A stretch of DNA of 64,000 nucleotides from Octopus sinensis (lineage: Eukaryota). The notes below the pieces were generated by a model. The model saw only the letters and a program-made list of their open reading frames with translations, ran no database searches and was not told the DNA's origin. A program made the position numbers and the translations under genes. Positions 26,765 through 40,435 of this stretch are shown in pieces (position 1 is the first letter of the stretch; each line of letters starts with the position of its first letter). The stretch covers positions 33,108,001 through 33,172,000 of the forward strand of contig NC_043002.1 of the NCBI RefSeq assembly GCF_006345805.1, read 5' to 3'.

Positions 26765-28226
26765 ACACAGCATTATAATCATGGCCTGCATACCCACCTT
26801 CATATTCCATGACTACCATTGGGAATCAAACAGGTACCAGACTAGGATTCTGGATTATTTTTCTGTTTTTTTTTACTTAATTTTTGAGAGCAGTCCAGTT
26901 TATTTTTAGTATTATTGTTTGTGAGAGCAGTCGAGTTTATTTCAGATATTCTCATTTTAAAAATCATCTCTGGCTAATCGTTGAGCAGCTGTTGGTGTTG
27001 CCTTGACTGAGGTTTATGCTCTCTGAGTGCTCTCATAATAATAATTATTATTATTATTATTACTATTATTACTAAGGTGATGAGCTGACAGAATCATTAG
27101 CATGATGGACGAAATGCTTAGTGATATTTCACTCAGCACTACGTTCTGAGTTCAAATTCCACCTAAGTCAACTTTGCATTTGATCCTTTTGAAGTTGATT
27201 AATTAAGTATCAATCAGGTACTGAGGTCGAAATAATCAACTAGTCTCCTCCTCAAAAAATTTCAGGCCTTGTGCCTATAGTAGAAAGGTTTATTATTATT
27301 ATTTACTTTTAACCTTCATGTTTGTTACAATCACTTGCCAAGACATGCTCAGCATCCTAAGGCAAGTGAAAGGTAAGAGATGTTATAGTATAACTGAAAG
27401 CTTGAGGAGGGGAAGTGGCAGGGGTAGTAAAAAGTCTTCGTGCAACACAACACATACATTTAAATTGATAGAGTTTTTCTTAGGATGTGGGCAGTACTTG
27501 TCAGCACAATCTTTTGGATTTCTCTGAGATGTGGTTTTCCTGAGATATTATTTAGATGTTTCTGACATCTCTTTCTTATCATACCTAGAGCACCCACAAT
27601 AACTGGAACAGTTCTCATTTTAAGATGCCACATCTTTCATATTTCAATTTCCAGGTCCTTATATTTACTTAATTCATCAAATTCCTTTACAGATATATCT
27701 TTATCAGTAGGAACACTTACATCCCTTAAGCTACAAGTATTTTCTTCCTTGTCTTTAATGACTATGCCTGGTCAATTAGCCTGGATCATTCTGTCGGTGT
27801 TGACTGGGCAAAATGCTTCATGGCATTTCATCCATCTTTACATTCTGAGTTCAAATTCTGCTAAGGTTAACTTCTTTCATCCTTCCAGGTTTGATAAATT
27901 CAGTAATAGTAAAGTTCTGAGGTCAATATAATCAACTTGTTCCCTCCCCCAACATTTCAAGCCATGCGCCTATAGTAGAAAGAACTATTATTATTATTAC
28001 TTTTAAGGTGGTGAGCTACCAAAATCATTAGTTCACCTGGCAAAATGCTCTGCAGCATTTTATCCATCTTTGAATTCTGAATTCAAATACCGCAGAAAAC
28101 GACTTAACCTTTCATTCTTTTGAGGTCAATATAATTGACTTATCCTCTCCCTGAAATTGCTCGCCTTGTATCTAAATTTGAAGCCATTATTATTATTAAT
28201 ATTATTTCTTTTTTCTTTACTTTCAG

Positions 28227-28428
28227 ATCCACGCAGATTTCCTGAACCACAGCATGGTCTGGTTAACTGCTCTTGGTATGCCCCAAATGCATGTTGCAAG
28301 CGGACCGAAGTGACATCTGTGTTCAGTAACATGTACCCTTTATATGGGGCATCTAAAGCTTGTATGAACCGTATGAATTACTTAATGTGCTACTTCTGTA
28401 GTCCAGAACAGGGTATTTGGTACCATGG
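28227..28428 (+). CDS. Exon 3 of FOLR/RfBP-like gene (xPRRFPEPQHGLVNCSWYAPNACCKRTEVTSVFSNMYPLYGASKACMNRMNYLMCYFCSPEQGIWYHG)
   Basis: Strong acceptor tttctttactttcag| and donor TGG|GTAAGT. The C-x-W-x5-CC and C-x8-C-x2-C-S-P pattern is typical of the folate-receptor/riboflavin-binding/NPC1-NTD fold. 202 nt, phase 1 to 2. Confidence 0.9.
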
Positions 28429-28682
28429 GTAAGTGTAATCAACCCTTTTTATTTATTATTGTAAACTGATAAAGAATAAGCTGCTACATGGTTACTTGAT
28501 TACTAAAAAATTGAAACCAAATTACCTTCGTATCTCACCTTACCATCTTGTAAAAAAAAGTGGCACATTTGATAATTTAACACTAGACATGCTATGCCTT
28601 AGGAAAGAGACCAGATAGAAGTGGCTGGACTAATTTTGATGATAGATTTGGTGGGTCAAGGCTGATTTGGAGGTAAACAGTA

Positions 28683-28683
28683 T

Positions 28684-28750
<67 letters not shown>

Positions 28751-28800
28751 CACCACCACCACCACCACCACCACCACCACCACTACCACTACTACTACTA
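28683..28800. repeat. Compound (ACT)n(ACC)n microsatellite
   Basis: Direct reading; it explains the poly-V ORF at 28592-28789. Confidence 0.95.
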
Positions 28801-30145
28801 ATACTGCTACTACTACTACAGGTTAACAAGAGAGACTACATTTATTACAATTACAAACCAAGAACAAGGAGTCATTTTTCTGCTGGAAATAGGAGCTAAA
28901 CGTCTTTAGTTTATATAATTTCCATCTTGCCATCTTTAAAAAGGAAAAAGAAAGTATTTATTTGGTGACAAAAATAAATTGATTGAGTGGTCTTGGCTTG
29001 AATCTATCTGATGATAGCTTTGCTTGATCAGAGCTGACCTGAGGCTAAATAACAACAATAACTACACCTAACTATGGATACACTTATCTGAATAGGTAGA
29101 ATATTGTATATGGGGAGTGGAGGTGTGTGGCTTAGTGGTTAGGGTGTTAGCATCATAATCGTAAGATTGTGGTTTCGATTCCTGGACCTGGCTACATGTT
29201 GTGTTCTTGAGCAAAACACTTCATTTCACGTTGCTCCAGTCCACTCAACTGGCAAAAATGAGTAACACTACGATGGACTGGCGTCCCATCCAGCTGGGAA
29301 ACACATACACCATAGAAACCGGGAAACCAGGCCCATGAACCTGGCTAGGCTTTAAAAGGGCACATTTGTGGAGGCGCAATGGCCCAGTGGTTAGGGCAGC
29401 AGACTCGCAGTTGGAGGATTGCAATTTCAATTCCCAGACTGGGCGTTGTGTGTGTTTATTGAGCGAAAATGCCTAAAAGCTCCACAAGGCTCTGCAGGGA
29501 GGGGTGGCGACCCATATTGTACTCTTTCGCCACAACTTTCTCTCACTCTTTCTTCCTGTTTCTTGAGTAACGCTGCGATGGACTGGAGTCCTGTCCAGCT
29601 GGGAGGAACACATACGCCACAGAAACTGGGAAACCAGGCCCATGAGCCTGGCTAGGCTTGAAAAGGGCGAGCAAAACTATGGATACACTTATCTGAATAG
29701 GTAGAATATTGTATATGGGGAGGGTAAAGACCCCCTTCAGTCATAAATGACCATGGGATTGCACCTAGAAAATTATCCTCCATGGCACAAGTCCAGGCAA
29801 GGTTGTTTATGGAAGACCAGCAGTTTTCCCATGCATACCTGCCTCTTTTCTCAATGCCATCGATGTTATCCGAGGGAAAGGTAAACCCCAATACAGCTTG
29901 GCACCAGTGATGTCGCAACTCATTTCTACAGCTGAGTGAACTGAAGTAACAGGAAATAAAGTGTCCTACTCAAGAGCACAACACACAGCCCAGTCCAGGC
30001 ATCGAACTAGCTACCTCGTGATTGTTAGCTTGATGCTTTAACCACTGAGCCATGCACCTTCACATGCAGAAGCCTTATTACAGTTAAGGTCCATATTTAT
30101 TCTTTCAAAGCATAAATAACAACCATTGCTATGAGAGATGTAATG

Positions 30146-30527
30146 TACACTTGCGTCAGAAATTAATTAGCACTTCTCAAATTTCTACATTAAATAGGTT
30201 AAATCAATTAACCTATGAGCTGTTCAAAACGTCTTACGCGATGAGAAAACTTAGTATGGTGTGATTTCGGTCCTTGCGAGGCACTACCTATATCTATTAA
30301 ACAAAGGAATTTGTCTGCATCCGCACTCCAAGTTGTTGTTGCACTGCTATGTCAACATCATAAGGCTGTAGACTCTCAAACTGCTCTGCAAACAAAGTTA
30401 CGTCATCGTTCTGCGCAACAGTGAACTCGCAACAAAGCAATAGTTCGAGATATGGCCACTAGGTGACAGCACATACCTTGAGTGAAGAGCAAATCAAGGG
30501 TGCTAATTAATTTCTGACGGTAGTGTA
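30146..30527. mobile_element. Tc1/mariner-type MITE (about 380 bp)
   Basis: TA-flanked TIRs TACACTTGCGTCAGAAATTAATTAGCAC / GTGCTAATTAATTTCTGACGGTAGTGTA, with no coding capacity seen. Confidence 0.8.
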
Positions 30528-31961
30528 AGTGTATCATCATGCTGCTTTTAGACTAAATATAGGATTCACCCTCTGGGTGAGGTAGTGGGTATTTTATTTA
30601 TATGTGGTAAGAAAATTTAATTTTACAAGCTTTGTAAACTAAATAACTAAATTTCTGAAATTAGTTATTGTTAAAGCAGATGCAGACATTGCTGTATGAT
30701 TAAGAAATTTGCTTCCCATCCACAGAGACTTTGATTCAATCCTACTGCACAGTACTTTGAACAAGTGTCTTCTCCTGTAGCCCTGGGATAACTAAAGCTT
30801 TGTGAGTAGATACAGGATAGATGGAACCTGAAAGATGCCTAACATATGTGTGTGTGTGTATTTGTGTGTAAGTATGTATTAGTGGCATGTAAAAAGCACC
30901 CAACTCACTCTGTAAAGTGGTTGGAGTTAGGAAGGGCATCCAGCTATAAAAACATGCCAAAACAGGTGATTGGAATGCGGACAGCTCCTCAGCTGGCCAA
31001 CTCCATGTCACACTGTCCAATCTGTGCCAGCATGGAAAAGGCACATAAAATGATGATGATATGCATACATATATATATATATATATGTAGATAGATGATA
31101 TAGATATAGATATGTATATATATATGCATACATATATACACGTATGTGTGTGTATACGTGTGCATTTGTGTGTGTGTGTGTGTGCATGCATGTGTTAATG
31201 TTTGTTTTCATGTTTAGTTATAATAAAAACAATTTCACATTAATCAGAGGGGTTTTTTTCTATACTTTTGTAGAGTACAAGTTTATTCCTAAACAAGAAT
31301 ATTGTTGGCAGTTTACTTTGAAGTTTTGGGTCAACTAAGCCATTGTTGGACTGTGATATATTAGATATTAATATTGGCTCTATATAGTCTCTGTTGGGTT
31401 AAAGTCTTCCTAGGGCATGTGGGTTTGAGTGGGATGGTAACTAGGTTTTAGGATAGGTTGTTATGGAGAGGCATTTTGGAGAAATTTTTATTATTAAATT
31501 TAAGATTTATTTATAGGTTAAGTTTAAGGTTAAGTTATTGTTTAGAATTTAGGTAAACAAGTGTGTATGTATAGGTGTGTCCCTTTGTCAGATAGGTACA
31601 GTGGGTGTAAGTAGTTAACTATTTTGGGTTTTATCAGATTTAATCCTTCGCTTGACAACATAAAGGTCCAGTATTTAAAAGCATAATAACTGGGTGTGTC
31701 AACTTATTTTATAGGAATTGTTTGGGAGGACAATAAGAATTTATGTATGTTTATGCTGGTCAGTTGCTTTATTTGTTGTTGTTATTACTTAGGGTATTTC
31801 CTATTCATTTAGAAGGTGGTGGTTATTAGTCAGGCATGTCATGGTGTTGTGAGTAAAAAAAAAATTTCTCTTATATTTTAATGTTCAGAAAAGGATTTGG
31901 TTAGGTGTAGACGCTGTTGACCTGTATGTTTTTTCCAGGTGCTCATTGTTCTGTAAGCAAT

Positions 31962-31993
<32 letters not shown>

Positions 31994-32414
31994 TTTTTAA
32001 TGTCCGCTTTGCATGCTAGCATAGGTTGAATGATTTGACTGAGGTCTGGTGAACCAGATGGCTACACCAGGCTCCAATCTGATCTGGCAGTGTTTCTATA
32101 GCTGGATGCCCTTCCTAATGCCATAATATATAGAAATTTTAATTTTTGTATTTTATGGAGGATGAGTTTGTGGGAGGTATTTCTGTTCAATTTTACTTCT
32201 GCAATTCTGTTCAAATATTGGTAATTTACGTTCTTTTAGGTTTCTGGATATATCCAAAAGTGGGGTATTATCATAAAGGCAGTGTATATATTCAGGTATA
32301 AAAATGAGAAGAAAATAAATAATTTAAAAATTAAACACTTTAGAATTTAAAATTTTTAAAAGAAATGAAAGGAAAAGTTAAAAAGGATTATAAAAGAAAA
32401 GGTTCTTACAACTT

Positions 32415-33139
32415 GGATCTTTTCTGTTTGGCTGCCAGTTTTCAATCTCGTGAATTCCTGCTCAAATTGGTTTCATATTAGGTGTAATGATGTGGTTTTT
32501 TGTGTGCTAATCCCTGCACTGAAATTCATTTTTGCATTAAATTGATAAATAAAAAATTATTAGCTTTTAAAGTTTGCAAATTTTGGGTAATTTTAGCCAA
32601 CCTTAAGCCACAGACACATTCATGCCTGTCTCCATAATAACAAACCAAGCTTAAGAACTCTTTTGTCTGTAAGAAAGCACAAGTTGACAAATATATTCCA
32701 CTCATTGAGATAGTTATCAGATGTGCTAGAAATATCAGCCAAATAGGCCTTAAATCACACACCAAAAACTCTTTTGTTTTATTTATGGATTATCGTATGA
32801 ATTCCCATGTATAGAATACAAATTTGCAAAAAATTTCTGAAAATTCCAAAATTTTTTTAAAATCTATGTGGGATTATATGACATGCATAAAGCAGAATTT
32901 CACTTGTTTACAATTGATAACACATGTTGTCATGCACACAATGACAGCTTCCAAATCCTGTTTTCTGACTGGGGGAAAATTATCAAACTTTAAACATTTA
33001 TAACTTTTTTTTTTAACTTTTTCTGGAAAAAGTGAAATATCTCCTGAGATTCAGCTAGGAAAACTGCATTAATGTACCAAATTTTAAAATTTTCAATAAA
33101 CTTGGAATTTTCGAAAATTGGCAGCCAAACTGAAAAGCT
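32415..33139. mobile_element. Possible non-autonomous DNA transposon with imperfect terminal inverted repeats
   Basis: ggatcttttctgtttggctgccagttttc is matched in reverse by gaaaattggcagccaaactgaaaagctcc. Confidence 0.45.
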
Positions 33140-34548
33140 CCTACAACTTAACTTGCATATAAATATATACTTTTTATGCATGTGTATGTGGGTTTCTGTA
33201 ATTATATTAGAAAATATTTTGTGAGGATTTGGGTTGAAGACAGGGAAACTTTTAGATAATTTGTAGAATAGTTGTTTAGCATAAAGATGTGAAAGTGTAT
33301 TTTTATAATATATTATGGTGACAGTTTATGGTGTAGGTGGAGGGAGGGGAATTAGTGACTTATTGACATGTTTAACTGCTAGAAAAAAATTATCGATTTG
33401 AAATGTTTTGGTGTTTTTAAGATTTCATCCTCTTTCCCATCTGTGGTACTATTTGGCTGTTGCACTCATCTGAAAGAAGTATCAGCACATATTACATCCC
33501 TTCCCAAACCATCTCTTCATTCCTGGAACTACTTCCATTCCTCATCAACCCAACCCACACTATTTCAGTCGATCCCCTTCTTTCTATGCCTTCAGTCACT
33601 GCTCTCTCCCCGCTCTGCTCCAATCCATTCTAAACAAATCTCTTACCTGCTATCATTCTCAATACCCTCCCATATCTGCTGTTAGGAGTCATCTAATATA
33701 GCCCCTAATGTATCCCTATTTCTCCCTTTCCACAGCTCCTACACTTTGCACATCATCCCATTACTTTCTGCTCTATTCTTCTTCCTGACCCATTCCTATA
33801 TCTCCCACCTCACCCTTTTACACACTGGTATTTCCCATCATCTGTACCACCACCATTGTTTATCACTCACAACTTTAACCTCTCCGGCCACTTGTTTGCT
33901 TCTCCCTCACATTCTTCTGAAAGCATCCACTCTCATCTCCTCCCATGACCCACTATCTGTTTCATCCCTTATGCTTTCTTTCTTATTCCTTGAGAATTTG
34001 CTCTAGCACTCCATCACTACCTTCCTCTTATCTCCTTCAGTCATGTATCTCCTCTATAACAAAACACTTCTGCTTGTCTTTCAGCACCTGGCATACAACC
34101 ACCCACCTCCAACTTCCTCTCCCAAATACATTTTCTTAGTGGTGGGAGCTTTTTCCATTTCCTTTTTTTCTCTCTGTTCTGTCTTATGAGCTACATGGCA
34201 GCCTCACTAGTGCTAGTGGCACAAAAAAAAAACCACCTTGTACACTCTGTATAGTGGTGGGCATTAGGAAGGACATCCAGCCATAGAAACCCACCAAAGA
34301 GGACACTGGCGCTCAACACAGCCATGAAGCTCACTGGTTTACTTTCAAACTATTCTACCCTTGCCAGCATGAAAAACGGACATTAAATGTTGATGATATA
34401 TATATAGTCCAGTCCCCTGTTTCTCTCAAGTTTTCATGGCATGCAACCACTAAACAGATAGCCAGATAGACAGAGAGACAGACAGGTAGACAACCTAACA
34501 GTTATACAAAATTATGATTGCATGGATTTTTTTTATTATTTCTTCCAG

Positions 34549-34628
34549 TAAAATGAGTGTATGTGAAGAATACTGCGTTGATATTTACAATGAATGTCGA
34601 CTAGCTTCCTATGAAGGAACCTCTATAG
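34549..34628 (+). CDS. Exon 4 of FOLR/RfBP-like gene (KMSVCEEYCVDIYNECRLASYEGTSIG)
   Basis: Acceptor atttcttccag| and donor ATAG|GTAAGT. Phase 2 to 1 matches both neighbours, and VC-x3-C-x6-C is the 'lC..fC..wy..C' motif of the family. Confidence 0.88.
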
Positions 34629-35441
34629 GTAAGTACCAAGTTACATCTTTATTTGATTCCTTTCCAAGTCTCCTTTGCACCATGATTCCATTTTAGATTT
34701 CCAAATATTGAGTTATGAAGCACATCACTTTCAGGTTCCGTCTCAACATCTAAAGTATAAATATACAAAAGAATAATAAGGTTAAGTAGTCAGTATATGT
34801 CTGTGTTAATACATACACACTATCTCCCTCTCACACACACACACACACACATGTTCACAAATATTCTCTTATTCTTTTATTTGTTTCAGTCATTTGACTG
34901 TGGCCATGCTGGAGCACTGCCTTTTAGTCGACTAAATTGACCCCAGGACTTACTCTTTGTAAGCCTAGTACTTATTCTATCGGTCTCTTTTTGCTGAACT
35001 GCTAGGTTACAGAAACAACATAAGTTAAAAGGACATGTATAGGCACAGGAGTGGCTGTGTGGTAAGTAGCTTGATTATCAACCACATGGTTCCGGGTTCA
35101 GTCCCACTGTGTTGCACCTTGGGCAGGTGTCTTCTACTATAGCCTCAGGCTGACCAAAGCCTTGTGAGTGGATTTGGTAGATGGAAACTGAAAGAAGCCT
35201 ATTGTGTGTGTGTGTATATATCATCATCATCATCTATATCATCATCATCATCATCATCGTTTAACGTCCGCTTTCCATGCTAGCATGGGTTGGACATATA
35301 TATATATAATTATAAAGTAGGGTATCTACAAGATACCACCATGCTGAAAATAGCAGCCATGATCTGACTCTAAAACCACCATAATTGTCCATATATCAAC
35401 ACGGAGAGAAAACAAAGAGACAAGATGAAACTAGTAAAAAA

Positions 35442-36330
35442 TTACTGAATAATTATAGATCCCGGATTTCTGGCTTTGCATCTACTTTTATTTCTATACA
35501 CTTTCAAAAAGGTGGACAAAAACCTATGGTTGCAAAAAGAGATCACCTCAGTAAATCTATTCAAAGTTTTTGGCCCAAAAGACTTAAGGATGGCAAAGGA
35601 TTCTTTTATACACAACTTACACTTATTTATGTTTACTCTGAAGTAAGGGGCTCTCAAAATAACGGACCATTCCAGAGAATAACTCTTATTATTCCTCTTT
35701 AGATTGTGTATATAAGATGCAAGTGTGGTAGAGCTACAGTATTTTTCATTTGAAAACGAGATCATATGGGCCTTATACCTAGCCTTAAAATTTACTGTAC
35801 TACCTATATAAAACTTATCTAAATTATCCTCATCCTTAACAATACATTTATAAATCACATTAGTAATTAGACAGAACCCATCAAGGGGACATAATCCAGA
35901 GTCCTACAATTACATGATTTCTCAGGGCCATCCCTAACCTTATTTCTACGACTAACAGTACTTGTCAGATTTCCCACAATCACTCCTTCACACCTCTCAT
36001 TACTGGAGTTCGATACACCCAGTGGGAGCAAAATGTTGGCATCACTAACCTTAGGCGTATCAGAACTTACCTGCCCAGAACCAGGGTTTCTATCAGAAGA
36101 ACATCTCCAGTGCACTTGCTCATTTAACTTGTTTCTATTTATAGATGCAATCATGGAGGCCAAATTTGGCATTACTTGGGAAGTTCTCCTCCAGAATCCT
36201 AAAAAACATCTTGGGCAAATTTCTTACTCAAAGGGAAAAAGGAGTGGTGGGCAAACCATATTATTTCCCTTATTCTGAGGAATGTCTAGGAGTGATAGAA
36301 CAAATAGAAAGATAAATTTCTTCAACATGT
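35442..36330 (-). mobile_element. Penelope-like element: GIY-YIG endonuclease region (frameshifted)
   Basis: Minus-strand frames give CNCR..., IYKC..FYIGSTVNFKARYKAH, TTLASYIHNLK, CKLCIKESFAI and LNRFTEVISFCNH. An upstream thumb-like segment reads PPLLFPLSKKFAQDVFRILEENF. Confidence 0.85.
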
Positions 36331-36339
36331 AAATACTGA

Positions 36340-36800
36340 GAGGCCACAGCCCATGGGAAACTAGCCTGTAGATTTAGGAAAGCTCTGAAGGAGACCAAAC
36401 TCAACATTAAGATCACTGAAAAACCAGGGCGCTCCATTAGATCATAGTTATCTAGGATGTACCGCTTTGAGAATACCACATGCACCAATGAGAACTGCAT
36501 GGAATGCAAAATTAACCCTGGTGTTAACTGTAGAACTAGAAATGTAGTCTACAGCATGAAATGCATAGAGGACGCTTGTAAAGACAAGAACATGATATAC
36601 ATTGGTGAGACATCTGGAAGCATTGCAAAAAGACTAAATGAACATTTGAGACAATATGACGACAAAAAACAGTCCTCCGTTCTCTACCAACACGTCAAAG
36701 ATCAACATAGAGGCACACTGGGCTGACTTGACATCTGCATTTCATCCAAGCACTGGAAGGACCAATCACTCAGACAAATACAGGAGTAAATGAAACACCC
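36340..36800 (+). mobile_element. Second, different Penelope-like element: GIY-YIG endonuclease region
   Basis: Reads CTNENCMEC...NCRTRNVVYSMKCIEDAC...IYIGETSGSIAKRLNEH...VLYQHVKDQH, a Zn-knuckle plus GIY-YIG arrangement. Confidence 0.85.
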
Positions 36801-38166
36801 TCTGTAATAAATAGGAAATATATATAGAAGGTAGTGATACTCCTATACCCACAGTATATACATACACAAGTACAGTTGTTAGTAGACAGTTATGTAGGTG
36901 AATACATATATATACATATCTTTATATATATAAGTAGGTAAATGGATATGAAGGTAAATAGTTAAGCAGACACGCACACACTCACATAGATGTACACAAA
37001 AGGAGACAGAAACACATTATGACCATATACACACACACGAAACTCAACCCAGCAACTCCCCTAATTCCAGGGAATGTCCTAAGGGGGTCTACTTTTTAAG
37101 GGCCACCTAACTGGAGTCCCACTGACCCCAATATATTTACTGCATTTGAAACTAAATGCATGGCATCTGTGACCAAATCAGAGCAATGACAATGAATTTC
37201 ATACCATGAACTCCCAGGGAGTACCATAAGGAGGTTCAATTTCTGAAGGACTGCTTAAATGGGGCCCCACTTACCCTGCCTATTTTGACTGCATTTTACT
37301 CACTCCTACACCTACTGATTAAACTATGATCAGCTTCAGTGCTTAGCAAATTTTCAGAAATAAGCTTGGGCATTCTAAATACCTTCATGTACATTCAAAT
37401 CAAGATAAAGAGTTATAACAGGTACGTTTCAAGTTTGGTAGTGTGAATATTTATATTTTGCAGTTTATGAATCTTATGTCTAGGTGGAAAACTAATCTTC
37501 CTCTTCTGGTTATATATTGGTGCTTGGGCCTGCAGCCCCAGAGTTCTAGAGTTTTTTTCTACCTGAATACCCTACCAAATTCCCAGCTAACCTGAATGCC
37601 ACTTGAAGGGCAGCTTGAAGGCCAGAAACTTAGCTGTAAGTCTTATAGAAAACTGTAAGTCAAACTGGGAACTATGTGTATTTCTATCGGTAAAGCTGGC
37701 AGAAAGCAGTCCATGGGTTGATACACCAACAGACTGTTACAGTGATGGAATTCACATTACATGTTGAATGAACAACAAGTTAATGGGACATGGGGTTTAG
37801 GTATAGGTATGAGTGAAGTCTAGGTATTGAGTGTATGAGTATGAATGTGTGGATATATGTCAGGTAAGGAGTTTGGAATGGAGTATCAGATAATTGATAC
37901 CAGGAGATACACAGACAATGAATGTGTCCAAATTCATTATGCTACACGAGGGTAGAGGGCTGCAATGCAGCCTGATAGTGAGGCCAAAGGCCTCAAAGGT
38001 GTCCTCCACAGGAGCTAGCCTGAATGCCACCCAAAGGGCAGCTTCAAGGCTAGTATATATATATATATATATATATATATTTAATGTAGGATAAAATTTT
38101 TTTCAAAAAAAATTTTTATCAATGGCCAGCATATTAAAAAATACCTTTAAAGGTTAAAATTATAAA

Positions 38167-38199
<33 letters not shown>

Positions 38200-39299
38200 C
38201 TCTTTTACTCTTTTACTTGTTTCAGTCATTTGACTGCGGCCATGCTGGAGCACTGCCTTTAGTCAAGCAAATCGACCCCGGGACTTATTCTTTGTAAGCC
38301 CAGTACTTATCCTATCGGTCTCTTTTGCCGAACCGCTAAGTGACGGGGACGTAAACACACCAGCATCGGTTGTCAAGCAATGCTAGGAGGACAAACATAC
38401 ACGCATACACATATATATATATACATATATACGACAGGCTTCTTTCAGTTTCCGTCTACCAAATCCACTCACAAGGCATTGGTCGGCCCGGGGCTATAGC
38501 AGAAGACACTTGCCCAAGACGCCACGCAGTGGGACTGAACCCGGAACCATGTGGTTGGTTAGCAAGCTACTTACCACACAGCCACTCCTGTAAATATATA
38601 TATATATATATTTACAAACCACGAGTGTAACAGCATAGGAAGTAATACTCATTGTCATTGGAAATAGAGAACTAAATTTTTTAAATGACACAGGTATGAT
38701 ACACTTATAACCAGAACTCTGGATTTCTTGACAGCAAATCTATTGAATACTCAGTGTCATTCATCAGTTGTAGCAAGTTTTATACCTGTTTAAACTACTG
38801 TCCAGTGTTCTCTCCTGTATTAAACTTGCATTAAACATGCAACATCTGACAAATGACAGTGAGTATCAAATAGGTCACTGATGAGGAGCTCAAAATCCTG
38901 AATTTAAGTGTTCCATATCTGTATTATTTAATAAGTGTGTGTGTTTAGATCTTAGCTTTTGGAATAGGTACACAGCCATCAGAGGTGACTAAGAGGTTGG
39001 CATCAAGAAAAACATCTGGCCACAATGCACTAGAAGAGTGGATATAAAAATCATTATGCTGATGATATATATACATACCACACATACACACACACACATA
39101 TATATATCACTGTATTGACCAGACTTTCAGATGTTATAATACATTGCTGGTCACAGTGTGCTTCCAGCTATTTCTTGATTGTGCCATTCTTTTATATTGT
39201 GCCCTAATCATTTAACTAGATCATCTCATTCCGGCATTCTGAGTGGTCTTTTCCAGTCATTTGTAAACCATTCAACAACTGCATAAGTCCACCTCTTAT

Positions 39300-40435
39300 C
39301 TAGGAACCTTGTGACCTGTCCTGTTGAACTTGTGTTTTCTGTATTCTACAATCACGTCATGTTACTCTGCTCAAATTATCTCATTTCAGATATGCTCTTA
39401 CAATGATATTCCTTGCATGGATCTTTCCATATCCCTTTACATTGTAGCCAATCATTGCTCTTCTCTCTTTGTAGTAGCCCACATCTCACTTATGTATAAG
39501 ACCACAGGTAAGATGGTGCTATTGAAATGTCTGGCACATATGGTCTTGTCCAGTTTTTTTGCCTTACATTCTGCCCTTATACTCTTTGAAGTTTCAGCAT
39601 CTATGTTTTGGTACATAATTACTCTGTATCCTAAGTAGACATAATCGATATCATTACTTCCCAACTCTGTTCAACTTTCTGCTACATTTTCAGATGGCAC
39701 TTTTGCTCATTTTAAGGCATACTGCTAAGCTATAGATGTCCAGCTATGTCAGTATGGTTTGCAGCTAATCTGTGCTGTACATGATGAGAATGATGTCATC
39801 TGCAAATAGGTGGTATGTTAGTAGCTTGCTGTTGATGTTCACACCCTTTGTCCAGTCAGTGTTTCTGATGACCATTTCTAGGTATGTGGCAAAGAGCTTT
39901 GGAGAGATGGTATCTTCTTGTCTGATGTCCTTTCCAATTAGCAAAGGAAGAGCTATATCAGAGACACATCCAGAATTCACATCCCCTAGCAGTTTGATGA
40001 ATTGTTCCCCAACACCTTGCATTTCCAGTGATTTCAACACTGTCTTCATATCAACACAATTAAAGGCCTCTTTTGTAGTTGATAAAAGTAATACACAGAG
40101 GCAGCTTGTGTTTTTTTTTGCTCATTCTGTAAGCTGTGTTACATTGAATACGGTATCCAGTAGTAGTTCTTAGAGAAACCTGCTTGCTCCTTTTTGCTGC
40201 TAGTCGTCAAAATATTTGGATTATCTAGTAACTATGACCTTTGTAAACAGCTTGTAGAGGTGGGACAAGAGATAGTTCTTTAGATCTTCTTTATTACTCT
40301 TCTTATGAAGCAAAATTCTATCTGAATCTCTCCACAGCAAAGGTATTTCACTCTTCTTCAGATAGTGATAGAAGCAAAGAATGAGGATTTTTTTCCCTGC
40401 TCTTCACCCCCATGCCTTAGCATCTCTGTTATGCC
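39300..40435 (-). mobile_element. RTE-clade LINE reverse-transcriptase fragment (heavily decayed)
   Basis: Contains IRQEDTISPKLF, LLTYHLFADDIIL, DYVYLG and HFNSTILPVVLYISEMW. Confidence 0.85.

Noticed and set aside
29368-29445. tRNA-like sequence (ggcgcaatggcccagtggttagg...)
   Set aside because: It continues into a SINE body present elsewhere in the window and lacks a complete cloverleaf, so it is a SINE head and not a tRNA gene.
38875-38915. cactgatgaggag...tcctgaatttaagtg hammerhead-like string
   Set aside because: GAAA is corrupted and stem III cannot form; too degenerate to call.
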